Positions 1-9,317 of a stretch of DNA of 32,000 nt are shown here, piece by piece (position 1 is the stretch's first letter; the number at the start of each line of letters is the position of its first letter). Source of the stretch: Coprobacillaceae bacterium (GTDB lineage: Bacteria > Bacillota_I > Bacilli_A > Erysipelotrichales > Coprobacillaceae); contig OY780959.1 in the NCBI GenBank assembly GCA_963675915.1, positions 1,860,001-1,892,000 of the forward strand. Direction: 5' to 3'. Under the pieces are notes generated by a model. It saw nothing but the letters and a program-made list of their open reading frames with translations, ran no database searches and was not told the DNA's origin. The position numbers were made by a program, and so were the translations under genes.

Positions 1-49
1 AGAGTGCATCAAAATAATCAAGAACCCGGCTAGTCTTGGTCAAATTCAT
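1..49 (-). CDS. 5' end (16 codons) of a gene running off the window; possibly endonuclease III
   Basis: The ATG at 49-47 overlaps the stop of the upstream DnaD-like gene (ATGA, 46-49). The translation reads MNLTKTSRVLDYFDAL. The identity is only a guess from the Bacillus-type dnaD-nth adjacency. Confidence 0.3.
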   Translation of the reverse strand, partial: MNLTKTSRVLDYFDAL

Positions 50-642
50 GATTTGCTCAGCCAATCGAAGTTAACGACATCGTAATCAACATTGCGTTCC
101 GGCTTGCTGTGGTCAAAGCGGTGTTTTACTCCGTTTTGCCGCCAATTGCTTAGAATTTTTTCAATATAGTTCAGTTTGGGAACTCCTGATTTGATTGCTT
201 CTTTGAGGGCATCGAGAATCATCTCTTCACTGTATCCTTGAGAATTGAAACCTCTGATAACTTCCAATTCAATCGGGCTCAGACTACGGCCGAAGTTTTC
301 CTGGAAAACGGTAATCAGATCCTGCTTTTTTTGTTCGACCTGACGCATATCGTAGCGCCCCAAAAGGTATTCTTGAAGATTATGGATTTTAATCAGACCT
401 CCGGCATCAATAATCAACTCCTTGTTCAACAGGAGTTTGATTGTATCATCGAGCATCGCATCAGTGAAACCGACATATTTCGACAGTTCGATAATGGTAA
501 TGGCCCTGCCGCTGAACTCTTCCAGGTTCATGATATGCAACAACAAGTACACCTCATTGTCAGTCAGGTAAAGTTCCTTCCCCCTTAACAGCAACAGTTT
601 TTGGACATCAATAAGATTGTTTTTACTAAGATAATTTATCAT
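46..642 (-). CDS. dnaD: DnaD-domain replication initiation / membrane attachment protein
   Basis: 198-aa ORF. The C-terminal half (LSPIELEVIRGF...YIEKILSNWRQNGV) matches the DnaD/DnaB_2 repeat signature. The stop overlaps the next gene's start. Confidence 0.8.
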   Translation of the reverse strand: MINYLSKNNLIDVQKLLLLRGKELYLTDNEVYLLLHIMNLEEFSGRAITIIELSKYVGFTDAMLDDTIKLLLNKELIIDAGGLIKIHNLQEYLLGRYDMRQVEQKKQDLITVFQENFGRSLSPIELEVIRGFNSQGYSEEMILDALKEAIKSGVPKLNYIEKILSNWRQNGVKHRFDHSKPERNVDYDVVNFDWLSKS

Positions 643-643
643 A

Positions 644-1114
644 TTACAAGATATATGCCTTGATCAACACACCAGTGTTGATGTTGTAGTAAGCATATAT
701 CAATTCCTCCTCTCCCACATATTTCAAAGCGTATACCATCGTGGAATTTTCGTATCCAACTTCAATTTTAGAAGCCTCAAAGCCATACTCTTCCCTAAAC
801 TCCCCCAGCACCTGTTCCGTATCGATCGGGTTCGATGGTCTCTTGGCAACCAGTTGATTTTCATCATTGATGACGACATAGAAGTTTTCATCATTCTCGA
901 CAATCTCCAGGATGTAGTAGAGATCATCACCCTGATATTCATTGAAATAACCGTTGTACTCATACTGGTTTGCTGCAACTATGTCATCCCGGATTCGGTT
1001 CAACCGGGCCACATTGTCGCTATAGGGGATATGAACGACAAACAGGAATCCCAGTGCGATGGCAACCACCAAGGCAATTATTGCGATTAATAAAAATTTA
1101 AACCATTTTTTCAT
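644..1114 (-). CDS. N-terminally membrane-anchored small protein, YpmB/PepSY-like
   Basis: 156 aa with one N-terminal TM helix (FKFLLIAIIALVVAIALGFLFVV) followed by a soluble beta-rich domain. It ends 1 nt before the dnaD start. The family call rests on size, topology and synteny only. Confidence 0.5.
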   Translation of the reverse strand: MKKWFKFLLIAIIALVVAIALGFLFVVHIPYSDNVARLNRIRDDIVAANQYEYNGYFNEYQGDDLYYILEIVENDENFYVVINDENQLVAKRPSNPIDTEQVLGEFREEYGFEASKIEVGYENSTMVYALKYVGEEELIYAYYNINTGVLIKAYIL

Positions 1115-1202
1115 GCATATCCTCCAAATTTCACTATTAATAATATCATAATCCAGCCGCGTTTAATAGTCAATCAGGTAACTGGATCTCGTTCAATAAA
1201 AT

Positions 1203-1233
1203 AAAAAAGTCGGGAAGACCGGTAAGTCTTCCC
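1203..1233 (-). terminator. Rho-independent terminator after the yugP-like gene
   Basis: On the minus strand, GGGAAGAC-TTACCG-GTCTTCCC (1212-1233) is followed by a TTTTTT run (1203-1208). Confidence 0.75.
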
Positions 1234-1254
1234 AACCATTCGTACGGTTATCGT

Positions 1255-1947
1255 TTAGTCCCGTGAGCTGCCGCTGAGAATCAGCACATATCTCAAAATT
1301 GACATCGCTGTTGCAAACGCAGCGGCAACATAAGTAAGCGCAGCGGCGTTAAGCATCGAACGGGCCCCGTCCATTTCATCATTGGAAAGGTAACGGGCTT
1401 CGAGAATCGAAAGCGCCCGAGCCGAAGCATCAAACTCAACCGGCAAAGTCACCAATTGGAAAGCAAGAATCCCAAATAACAGAATTACTCCAATCCAAGC
1501 CAGGGACGAAGATCCGGTCAGAAAACCAATCATGATTGCAGCCCAACCCAGGTAATTTCCGACATTGGCAAACGGAACAATAATCCCGCGCATTTTCATC
1601 GGCTGATAATTCTGTTGATGCTGGATTGCATGTCCGCACTCATGAGCGGCAATTGAAATTGCAGCAATCGAATTACCGTTATAGTTACCTTCCGATAGGT
1701 TGACCACCTTTTGAATCGGATGATAGTGATCAGTCAGCTGCCCTTTGACCGGGCGGACTGCCACATCATACAGACCATTGCTGTCAAGGATTTCCCGAGC
1801 CACTTGAGCCCCGGTTACTGACAGATGATTTGAAATTTTAGTATATTTGCGGTAAGCACTTCTAATCTTTGATTGAGTGACCATCATGAACACCATGGCT
1901 ACGATGACCAGTAAATAACCTAACATATATGTTCCCATTGTTTTCAC
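1255..1947 (-). CDS. Membrane zinc metallopeptidase, YugP-like (Zn_peptidase_2 family)
   Basis: 230 aa with an N-terminal TM helix, an HECGHAIQH (HExxH) motif and C-terminal TM helices, which is the typical YugP layout. Confidence 0.85.
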   Translation of the reverse strand: MKTMGTYMLGYLLVIVAMVFMMVTQSKIRSAYRKYTKISNHLSVTGAQVAREILDSNGLYDVAVRPVKGQLTDHYHPIQKVVNLSEGNYNGNSIAAISIAAHECGHAIQHQQNYQPMKMRGIIVPFANVGNYLGWAAIMIGFLTGSSSLAWIGVILLFGILAFQLVTLPVEFDASARALSILEARYLSNDEMDGARSMLNAAALTYVAAAFATAMSILRYVLILSGSSRD

Positions 1948-1991
1948 CTCTTGAACAACATTCTAAATCATGTTTATGAACTAAATATTAC

Positions 1992-2019
1992 AAAAAACAG
2001 TCGCCTGGGGCAACTGTTT
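1992..2019 (-). terminator. Rho-independent terminator after hup
   Basis: Minus strand reads ACAGTTGCC-CCA-GGCGACTGT followed by TTTTTTG. The hairpin begins at the hup stop codon. Confidence 0.65.
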
Positions 2020-2290
2020 AGTTCATTTGATCTTTAAGAATTTTACTTGGTTTGAAATTCACAGTACGGTTAGCCGGAATCAAAATCTCTTCTTGAGTTT
2101 TTGGTGACACTCCACGGCGCGCAGTACGATTATTGACATTGAATGTACCAAATCCTGATATTAAGACCTTATCTCCATTACATACAGTTCTTGTAATAAC
2201 CCCAAACACTGTATCAACTAATGCTTCAGCTTCTTTTTTTGATAAATCCGCTTCTTGAGATACAGTTTCCACTAATTCTTTTTTATTCAT
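2018..2290 (-). CDS. hup: Histone-like DNA-binding protein HU
   Basis: 90 aa: MNKKELV...GFGTF...RTARRGVSPKTQEEILIPA...FKPSK is the canonical HU/IHF fold signature. Confidence 0.95.
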   Translation of the reverse strand: MNKKELVETVSQEADLSKKEAEALVDTVFGVITRTVCNGDKVLISGFGTFNVNNRTARRGVSPKTQEEILIPANRTVNFKPSKILKDQMN

Positions 2291-2322
2291 TCTAACAACC
2301 CTCCAACATTTAGTACCATGAA

Positions 2323-2351
2323 ATTATAGCATTTAAAAACGTCGATTTCAA
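2323..2351 (-). promoter_or_regulatory. Sigma-A type promoter of hup
   Basis: Minus strand has TTGAAA (2351-2346), a 17-nt spacer ending in TGC, then TATAAT (2328-2323), giving an extended -10. Confidence 0.7.
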
Positions 2352-2421
2352 GGGCTAAATTCGATATTTATTTTCTTTTTTCACTTGACAAAACCACTCC
2401 TTCAAGCTATTATATCAGGTC

Positions 2422-2461
2422 AAAAAAGAAAGGAGACTCCTAAAACGAGTCTCCTTTTTTT
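2422..2461. terminator. Bidirectional hairpin terminator directly after pyk
   Basis: AGGAGACTC-CTAAAAC-GAGTCTCCT is flanked by an A-run on one side and a T-run on the other. It abuts the pyk stop at 2462. Confidence 0.8.
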
Positions 2462-3892
2462 CTATAAAACGCGAACCAGTTCCAAGTAAGAGGTATCACC
2501 CTTCAAACCAGGGGTTCCTCCTGTAACCAGAATCAACTGTCCCGCTTTGACATTATTTTCTTTGGCAATAATTTGAGCATAATCGATCATACTTGCTCTT
2601 GATCCCAAAGACACACAACTGCAAGGTTTGACACCCCAGCTCAGTGACAATGCTTCCATCGTCTCAACCGAAGGTGTAGCTGCAATAATCGGAGCGTGTG
2701 GACGGTAACGGCTCATTTTTCTTGCCGTGAAGCCTGTTTCGGTGAAGGCGATAATCGCTGCCACGTTGAAACGCATTGCGATTTCAGCCGCCGACATACA
2801 GATTGCCTCACTAGGTCCGTCGCCAGCCGTTTTGACTGCAGTGGCATGAAGGGCATCATAGTCAAGGTTTGCTTCGGTAAATGAAGCGATTCGCGACATC
2901 ATCAGCACTGATTCATGAGGATATTTACCATTAGCCGATTCACCTGACAGCATGATTGCATCAGTACCATCGTAAATTGCATTGGCAACATCCGATACTT
3001 CCGCTCGGGTCGGACGCGGATTGCTTTGCATACTTTCAAGCATCTGGGTTGCAGTGATTACCACTTTCCCCAGTGATTTGGCCTTGCGGATGATTTTCTT
3101 TTGGATGAACGGAACTTCCTCTGCCGGAACTTCAACCCCCAAATCACCACGGGCAACCATTACCCCATCGGCAACTTTCAGGATCTCATCAATGTTTTCG
3201 ACCCCTTCAATATTTTCGATTTTAGCGATTATCTGAATATCATTACGGCGGTTGGCCACAAGGATTTTTTTGATATCCAGGACATCTTGAGCCCTACGGG
3301 TGAAAGATGCCGCAACATAACTGAAACTATTTTTACAACCAAACTCCAAATCCGCGCGATCCTTTTCAGAAAGGTAATCAAAGCTGAGTTTGATGTTTGG
3401 TACATTGATTCCCCGACGATTTTTAGCAAAACCATCGTTGGCACATACAGTAACGATATCAGTTCCTTCAATGTGATCGACCAACAGCGAAATCTGTCCG
3501 TCATCCACCAAGATGAATCCGCCAGGTTTAACATCTTTGTAGAGATCTTTGTAAGTAACTGTGAAACGCTCAGAAGTTCCGACGATATCTTCGATGCAGA
3601 TAACGCAGACCTGTCCGTTTTTGAATTCGGTACCTCCATCAACGAAGTCCCCGGTTCTGATTTCAGGACCTTTTGTATCCAACAAACACGCCACGTTTGT
3701 GTCCAAATCCTGATTTATTTCTTGAAGCATGTCAAGTTTTTCTTTATGGCTCTCATGGTCACCATGCGAGAAATTCAACCGCATAACATCCATTCCAGCC
3801 TTTACTAATTTAGTTAGTACTTCTTTATTGTCTGAAGCCGGTCCTACCGTACATACTATTTTTGTCTTTGAAAATGAATTTGATTCAATCAT
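2462..3892 (-). CDS. pyk: Pyruvate kinase (short form, no C-terminal PEP-utiliser domain)
   Basis: 476 aa: TKIVCTVGPAS, MDVMRLNFSHG, IIAKIENIEGV and MVARGDLGVEVP are the classic PK motifs. Confidence 0.95.
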   Translation of the reverse strand: MIESNSFSKTKIVCTVGPASDNKEVLTKLVKAGMDVMRLNFSHGDHESHKEKLDMLQEINQDLDTNVACLLDTKGPEIRTGDFVDGGTEFKNGQVCVICIEDIVGTSERFTVTYKDLYKDVKPGGFILVDDGQISLLVDHIEGTDIVTVCANDGFAKNRRGINVPNIKLSFDYLSEKDRADLEFGCKNSFSYVAASFTRRAQDVLDIKKILVANRRNDIQIIAKIENIEGVENIDEILKVADGVMVARGDLGVEVPAEEVPFIQKKIIRKAKSLGKVVITATQMLESMQSNPRPTRAEVSDVANAIYDGTDAIMLSGESANGKYPHESVLMMSRIASFTEANLDYDALHATAVKTAGDGPSEAICMSAAEIAMRFNVAAIIAFTETGFTARKMSRYRPHAPIIAATPSVETMEALSLSWGVKPCSCVSLGSRASMIDYAQIIAKENNVKAGQLILVTGGTPGLKGDTSYLELVRVL

Positions 3893-4093
3893 CTAATACC
3901 CTCCATATGTTCTTCATTCTTGAAATACCCTTCCCATAACACCATTATAACCTAAGCCAAGCTAAAAATACATCATAAAATTTAACGTACGGCTCGATGA
4001 CCGCTATAATTCTCTTTGAAATGCAATAATATATGAGTTATAATTCAATCAAGAATACTAGTGTTGACAAACACCAGCGAAGTGGGGATAGCA

Positions 4094-4840
4094 ATGGAAG
4101 AAATTAATTTAATCAAGCAATTCGAAAATCTGGGGGTATGTCTGATTGAGACCGGCAGCGAGATTGCCCGGGTCGAAAACGGACTGACCCGAATCCTGGT
4201 CAATTACGGATATAAAAATGTTTCCGTCTTCGCCCTCCCTTCATATCTTATTATCACCGTTTCTTTGAAGGATGGCACCGTGTATACCACCAGCAAAAAC
4301 ACCGATAGCTATTCGACCGACTTCGACCGTTTTGCCAGTTTGAATCAGCTGCTTCGGGATTTGGAATCCAAAAAGCTGACTTCACACCAGATTTGTGACC
4401 AAATGAACCGGATCAAAAGCACCCATCATGCGCCGCTGGGACAGTTTATCGCCTACGGCTTTGCCGCATTGGGCTTTACCGGTCTTTTTGGCGGAGGTAC
4501 CAGTGAATGTATCGGCGCTTTTGTCATCGGGCTGAGCGTATTTGTCCTCAACAACTGCCTGATCATGTTGAAAATCAACCGGTTGGTGCGAACCTTCATC
4601 GGTTCCGCCTTTATTGCAATTTGTTCGCACATGTTCAAGGAATTCGGTCTTATCAATAATGTCGATACTATCCAGATTGGCAGTTTGATGCTGCTGGTGC
4701 CCGGATTGGCCATCACCAACAGCCTTCGGGATTTCATTGACGAAGACTATCTCTCAGGAGTTTCGAGAATCATCGAGGCCCTGATGACCGCAATATCAAT
4801 CGCCCTGGGAGTCGGGGTTGTGTTAGGAGTGATCAGCTGA
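4094..4840 (+). CDS. Threonine/serine exporter family protein, ThrE/YjjP-like large subunit (DUF1212)
   Basis: The ORF track starts at a GTG at 4061. The ATG at 4094 (MEEINLIKQ...) is preceded by GGGGA. The protein has a soluble N-terminal domain plus several TM helices. The stop overlaps the next start (TGATG). Confidence 0.7.
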   Translation: MEEINLIKQFENLGVCLIETGSEIARVENGLTRILVNYGYKNVSVFALPSYLIITVSLKDGTVYTTSKNTDSYSTDFDRFASLNQLLRDLESKKLTSHQICDQMNRIKSTHHAPLGQFIAYGFAALGFTGLFGGGTSECIGAFVIGLSVFVLNNCLIMLKINRLVRTFIGSAFIAICSHMFKEFGLINNVDTIQIGSLMLLVPGLAITNSLRDFIDEDYLSGVSRIIEALMTAISIALGVGVVLGVIS

Positions 4841-5307
4841 TGAATCTTATAATTGAAGGTGTTTTCTGTTTTGTCTGCATGCTTTCTTTCGGCGTGATTT
4901 TCAAACTTAATTATAATCCGAAATTCATGATTATCGCCGCTATGAATGCGGTGATTGGCTGGACTGTCTTTTCACTTTCGAACAGCTTTGGCCTAAATCA
5001 TTACTTTGCTTATTTCGCTGCGGCGCTGACCTGCGCCATCATGGGAGAAATCATCGCCCGAGCAGTTTGGGCCCCGGCAAGCATCTTCTACGTTATCGGC
5101 TGTCTTCCTCTTGTTCCAGGTGGCGGCATCTATCATACAATGCTCTATGCGGTTCAAAACCGTCAGGATCTCTTTATTTCCGCTTTTATCGATACGATTG
5201 CAATTTCCGGATCGATCGCCATGGCAATCCTGGTCAGCGGAACATTCTTCAGACTATTCAAAAGGAGGCGGCAAAATGAGAATATTAGGCTTAATCGTCG
5301 AATATAA
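4840..5307 (+). CDS. Threonine/serine exporter family protein, YjjB-like small subunit (DUF3815)
   Basis: 155 aa, polytopic, and translationally coupled to the preceding ThrE-like gene. This is the usual two-gene pairing. Confidence 0.7.
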   Translation: MNLIIEGVFCFVCMLSFGVIFKLNYNPKFMIIAAMNAVIGWTVFSLSNSFGLNHYFAYFAAALTCAIMGEIIARAVWAPASIFYVIGCLPLVPGGGIYHTMLYAVQNRQDLFISAFIDTIAISGSIAMAILVSGTFFRLFKRRRQNENIRLNRRI

Positions 5308-6892
5308 TCCTTTTCATCAGGGACATATCCGTCATATCACCATGGCTAAGGAAAAGATCAAACCCGACTTGACCGTCGCCGTCATGTCCGGGAATTTCGT
5401 CCAACGGGGCGAACCGGCAATCATCTCCAAATTCGATCGCGCCAATATCGCCATCGAACACGGAATCGATGTTGTAATCGAGCTGCCGCTTGTCTACAGT
5501 GTCCAATCTGCCAATCAATTCGCCCATGGAGCTATCAAACTGCTCGACAGTTTCCAGGTGACTGATATTGTATTTGGCAGCGAGTCTGGCGATATGACGC
5601 TGTTCAAAAGCATCGCCGGCAGTCTCAAAGACAACGACCGGTATCACGAGAAGGTCCGGGAATTGCTTAAGGACGGGATTTCTTACAGCGACGCCTGCAA
5701 TCAGGCTCTGGTCCAACTGGATCTTCCCAGCATAACAACCCCTAACGACTTGCTCGGTCTGGCATATACCAAAGAGGTGCTGCACAATTTTGACCACATC
5801 AATATTGATTGCATCACCCGTTCGACTTCGTATCATGAAAAAAACGTTACCAGCATCCCTTCGGCAACCGCCCTTCGGATCGGACTGAAAAACAATCAGG
5901 ATCTCGAGGATGTTTTGATCAATCCGGAATATTTCTACCAGGACCTGTACTCATTCAACGCCCTGTTTCCATATCTCAAATACGCCTTGATAAGCCTTAG
6001 CGACAAACAGCTCGCCCAGTTCCATCTGGTCGAAGAGGGCATCGAAAATCTGATGCTCAAGAATATCATGAATTATCAGGATATGGAAAGCTTCGTCAAC
6101 TCACTGACTTCCAAGCGTTACAGCCGTTCTAGAATTCAAAGAACAATCATCCACATCCTGCTTAACAATACCGACCTAATCAACCAGGTCGCCAAAAAAG
6201 TCGATTATGTCCGGGTTCTCAAAGCGAATCACGATGGTTTTGCTTATTTGCGCAAACTTCGTAAAACCTGCCCGTTGACAATCATCACCAATCTTTCCGG
6301 ACACAACCATCCAGCTCTGGATTTGGAACTCAAAGGGGCCCGGCTGCTTACCTTGATTTCAAAACAACGGGACAGTCATATTCGCGAATTGGCTAATCGC
6401 CCGACACCGCTAAAAAGCTTCCATATTAATATCGGGACACCCCAGGAAATCATTTCAATCAGAACTGCATATCGTGGTTTCTGCATCAAAGACGGTAAAA
6501 TCCTTTTGATCAAGACCAATAAAGGGGACTACAAATTCCCCGGTGGCGGTCAGGAAGACGGCGAGAACTATATCGAGGTTATCTCACGCGAATTCATGGA
6601 GGAAACCGGCTATAAGGTCAAACAGATCAGTGATTTATGCGGGGTTGCCAACGAATATCGCGAGGGTGGTTTTTTACAAAGATCATTCTATTATTTCTGC
6701 ACCGTCAACACCAAAAAGAAAAACGGTCTCAAACTCGACCAGTACGAGGCTGATCTGGAATTCACAACTGAATTCGTCACAATTGATCAGGCGATTGAAG
6801 CAAACAAAAAGTTCCTCAAAATCAATCCCTGGGTTTACCGGGAACTGGCAGTTTTGAAAAAACTGGCCGAACTTCTTGATTATACAGACTAA
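5276..6892 (+). CDS. tmcAL: tRNA(Met) cytidine acetate ligase (TmcAL/YlbM family) fused to a C-terminal Nudix hydrolase domain
   Basis: The true start is the ATG at 5276 (MRILGLIVEYNPFHQGH, HxGH nucleotidyltransferase motif), preceded by AAAGGAGG at 5261-5268. The C-terminal ~145 aa carry a perfect Nudix box, GGQEDGENYIEVISREFMEETGY (6545-6613). Confidence 0.8.
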   Translation: MRILGLIVEYNPFHQGHIRHITMAKEKIKPDLTVAVMSGNFVQRGEPAIISKFDRANIAIEHGIDVVIELPLVYSVQSANQFAHGAIKLLDSFQVTDIVFGSESGDMTLFKSIAGSLKDNDRYHEKVRELLKDGISYSDACNQALVQLDLPSITTPNDLLGLAYTKEVLHNFDHINIDCITRSTSYHEKNVTSIPSATALRIGLKNNQDLEDVLINPEYFYQDLYSFNALFPYLKYALISLSDKQLAQFHLVEEGIENLMLKNIMNYQDMESFVNSLTSKRYSRSRIQRTIIHILLNNTDLINQVAKKVDYVRVLKANHDGFAYLRKLRKTCPLTIITNLSGHNHPALDLELKGARLLTLISKQRDSHIRELANRPTPLKSFHINIGTPQEIISIRTAYRGFCIKDGKILLIKTNKGDYKFPGGGQEDGENYIEVISREFMEETGYKVKQISDLCGVANEYREGGFLQRSFYYFCTVNTKKKNGLKLDQYEADLEFTTEFVTIDQAIEANKKFLKINPWVYRELAVLKKLAELLDYTD

Positions 6893-6922
6893 AAGGAACC
6901 AAGCACGAGCTTGGTTCCTTTT
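6891..6922. terminator. Bidirectional terminator between convergent tmcAL and pheT
   Basis: AAAAGGAACCAAGC-ACGA-GCTTGGTTCCTTTT forms a perfect 14-bp stem with A/T runs built into both arms. Confidence 0.85.
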
Positions 6923-6925
6923 CCA

Positions 6926-9316
6926 TTATTTTCTAAGACTGGCAGCGAATTGTTTTTCAACTGCTTTGATGATTTTATCCATCGTTTCAGTGATTGTAGC
7001 TTCATCCAATGTTTTCTTGGCATCTTGCAAAGTAACCTTGAATGCAACTGATTTTTGGTTTTCACCGACATGTTCACCGCGATATTCATCGAAAACGGTA
7101 ACTCCAGTGGCAATTCCTTTTCCAGCTTGCATGATTTTGCGGATGACATCATAACTGAAGATATCATTATCCATGACAAACGCCACATCACGAGTAACCT
7201 CAGGGAACTGAGGAATCGGATTGGTTTTCAGTTTAGGAGTTTTAAGTTCAAGGATTTTTGACAGATTCAATTCCGCCACATAGACATCCTTGACATCATA
7301 TTCCTTGGCTTTGACCGGATGAACATTACCGACAACTCCGACAATATCTTTCCCCATTTTAATGTATGCACTGCGGCCTGGGTGATACTCTTCATTATCT
7401 TTTTCAACTCGCTCAAGTTTGTATCTTGATTGGGCAATTCCCAACTTGTCGAGAATATTATCCACAAACCCTTTTACCAGCAGGTAATCGGCAGCGTAAC
7501 GGATTTGACGGAAACTTTGTTCAACATATACACCATGGGCTGCGATTGCCAACACTTGGATTTCGGTATCTTCAGTGTACGTATTGGAAACTTCGAAGAT
7601 ATTGACATCTTTCACTTTACGGGCCACATTGTATTTGACAACTTCCAAAAGTGAAGGAATCAACGACTTGCGGGTAACCGAACGTTCCTCTCCAAGTGGT
7701 GAAGATAATTTGACATCAGCCCCACTATGGAACAGATTGAAATCATCAGCTTTGGCTGGAGAAGTCAAGGTATAGGTAATCGTCTCATGCAATCCGCTTT
7801 GAGACAGGTAGTTTTTGATCATTTTTACCTGAGATTGCTTGCTGGTTCTTTTTCCCATCGTCATATTCATAACCGGAAGCGTACTTGGGATTTCGTTATA
7901 ACCGTAAATGCGCGCCACTTCTTCAATCAGGTCAGCATCCATGGTGATATCCTTACGATAACTTGGAACTTCAATGCTCAAAACATCTCCGTCTCTAGTG
8001 AAGTTGAATTTCAGTTTGGTGAACACCTCACAGATTTCATCAGTTGTGATGGCTGTTCCCAATAGGCCGTTGACTCTTTCAGTTGTGAGTTCAACAACTA
8101 TTTTTTCTGCTTTCAAACCAGATGAAACGGTTTCGCATACTTCAGTAGCCTCAGCCAGATCTTCAAGCAAATTCGCCACTCTAGTCAGAACATTATGAGA
8201 ATTTGATGTGTCGATTGAACCTTTGATGTAATGTTGTGATGCATCAGTAAGCAAATTCAACCGACGCGCAGTTTCTCTCAGGCTTGGACCATCAAAAGTG
8301 GCAGCTTCGATGACAATATTAGTGGTATCATCCGTGATTTTGGTAGAATCTCCTCCCATCACACCAGCCATACATCCCAGTTTTCCATCGACTTCGATTA
8401 CGATATCGTTTTCAACAACATCATACTCATTTCCATCAAGGAAAATCTCTTTTGAATTATATCCGGTTTTGACAGTGAATGTCTTATCGGTAATCTTGTC
8501 ATAATCGTACATATGGATCGGTTGCCCGGTTTCCACCATTATCAGATTGGAAATATCCACGATATTGTTGATCGGTTTGATTCCACTGGCCATCAATGCC
8601 GATTTAAGCCATTGTGGCGATTCCTTGGTTTTAACGCCTTTGACCACCTTCACGCCGAAGAATGGACACAGATCAGTTTCGATTTTAACTTGAACATCGC
8701 TAGGTTTTTCATCCATTTCGCGCAGCTTGATTTCTTTGACGTCACGGTCAAGAATCGCTCCAACTTCATAGGCGAATGCAGTCAACGCCATACAGTCAGC
8801 CCGGTCCGGAGTCAGCCCGATATCCAGGATATCATCTTTCAAGCCCATATAGCTTAGCGCTTCTTCTCCAAGAGGAGCATCTTCAGGTAAAACTTCGATT
8901 CCGGCTTTTTGTTCTTCAGTGACAAAACGGCTGTCCAATCCCAATTCGGCCATCGAACAGATCATTCCGTTAGATTCCACGCCGCGGATTGAAGATTTTT
9001 TGATGATGAAACCTTCTCCCAAATCACAACCAGGCAATGCCACGATGACTTTTTGTCCTGCCGCCACGTTTGGCGCCCCACAGACAATCTGACTTATCAC
9101 ATCTTCAGCTATTTTGACTTGGCAAACATTAAGGTGATCGCTGTCAGGATGAGCTTCGCAAGCTTCAACGTATCCGACAACCAGGTCTGTTCCGGCAGCC
9201 AGTTTTTCCATCCCTTCAACTTCGTGACCGATTGATGTGATCTTGTCAGCCAGTTCTTTAGGATCCTGATCTTTAATCTCGATATAATTATTCAATAAAT
9301 TCAAACTTACTAACAT
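6926..9316 (-). CDS. pheT: Phenylalanine--tRNA ligase beta subunit
   Basis: 796 aa with an N-terminal tRNA-binding domain (MLVSLNLLNNYI...) and B3/4, B5 and FDX-ACB regions. It sits 1 nt downstream of pheS. Confidence 0.95.
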   Translation of the reverse strand: MLVSLNLLNNYIEIKDQDPKELADKITSIGHEVEGMEKLAAGTDLVVGYVEACEAHPDSDHLNVCQVKIAEDVISQIVCGAPNVAAGQKVIVALPGCDLGEGFIIKKSSIRGVESNGMICSMAELGLDSRFVTEEQKAGIEVLPEDAPLGEEALSYMGLKDDILDIGLTPDRADCMALTAFAYEVGAILDRDVKEIKLREMDEKPSDVQVKIETDLCPFFGVKVVKGVKTKESPQWLKSALMASGIKPINNIVDISNLIMVETGQPIHMYDYDKITDKTFTVKTGYNSKEIFLDGNEYDVVENDIVIEVDGKLGCMAGVMGGDSTKITDDTTNIVIEAATFDGPSLRETARRLNLLTDASQHYIKGSIDTSNSHNVLTRVANLLEDLAEATEVCETVSSGLKAEKIVVELTTERVNGLLGTAITTDEICEVFTKLKFNFTRDGDVLSIEVPSYRKDITMDADLIEEVARIYGYNEIPSTLPVMNMTMGKRTSKQSQVKMIKNYLSQSGLHETITYTLTSPAKADDFNLFHSGADVKLSSPLGEERSVTRKSLIPSLLEVVKYNVARKVKDVNIFEVSNTYTEDTEIQVLAIAAHGVYVEQSFRQIRYAADYLLVKGFVDNILDKLGIAQSRYKLERVEKDNEEYHPGRSAYIKMGKDIVGVVGNVHPVKAKEYDVKDVYVAELNLSKILELKTPKLKTNPIPQFPEVTRDVAFVMDNDIFSYDVIRKIMQAGKGIATGVTVFDEYRGEHVGENQKSVAFKVTLQDAKKTLDEATITETMDKIIKAVEKQFAASLRK

Positions 9317-9317
9317 A

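Noticed and set aside
2696-3808. Plus-strand ORFs of 62-235 aa (2696-2884, 2982-3236, 3101-3808) and a 137-aa minus-strand out-of-frame ORF (3229-3642).
   Set aside because: They lie entirely inside the well-supported pyruvate kinase gene, have low-complexity or odd composition and no RBS. These are typical shadow ORFs.
5111-5275. 55-codon N-terminal extension of the tmcAL ORF in the six-frame track, and the antisense 181-aa ORF at 5291-5836.
   Set aside because: The extension overlaps the ThrE-small-subunit gene out of frame and has no RBS. A strong AAAGGAGG precedes the ATG at 5276, which gives the canonical TmcAL N-terminus. The antisense ORF is a shadow of tmcAL.
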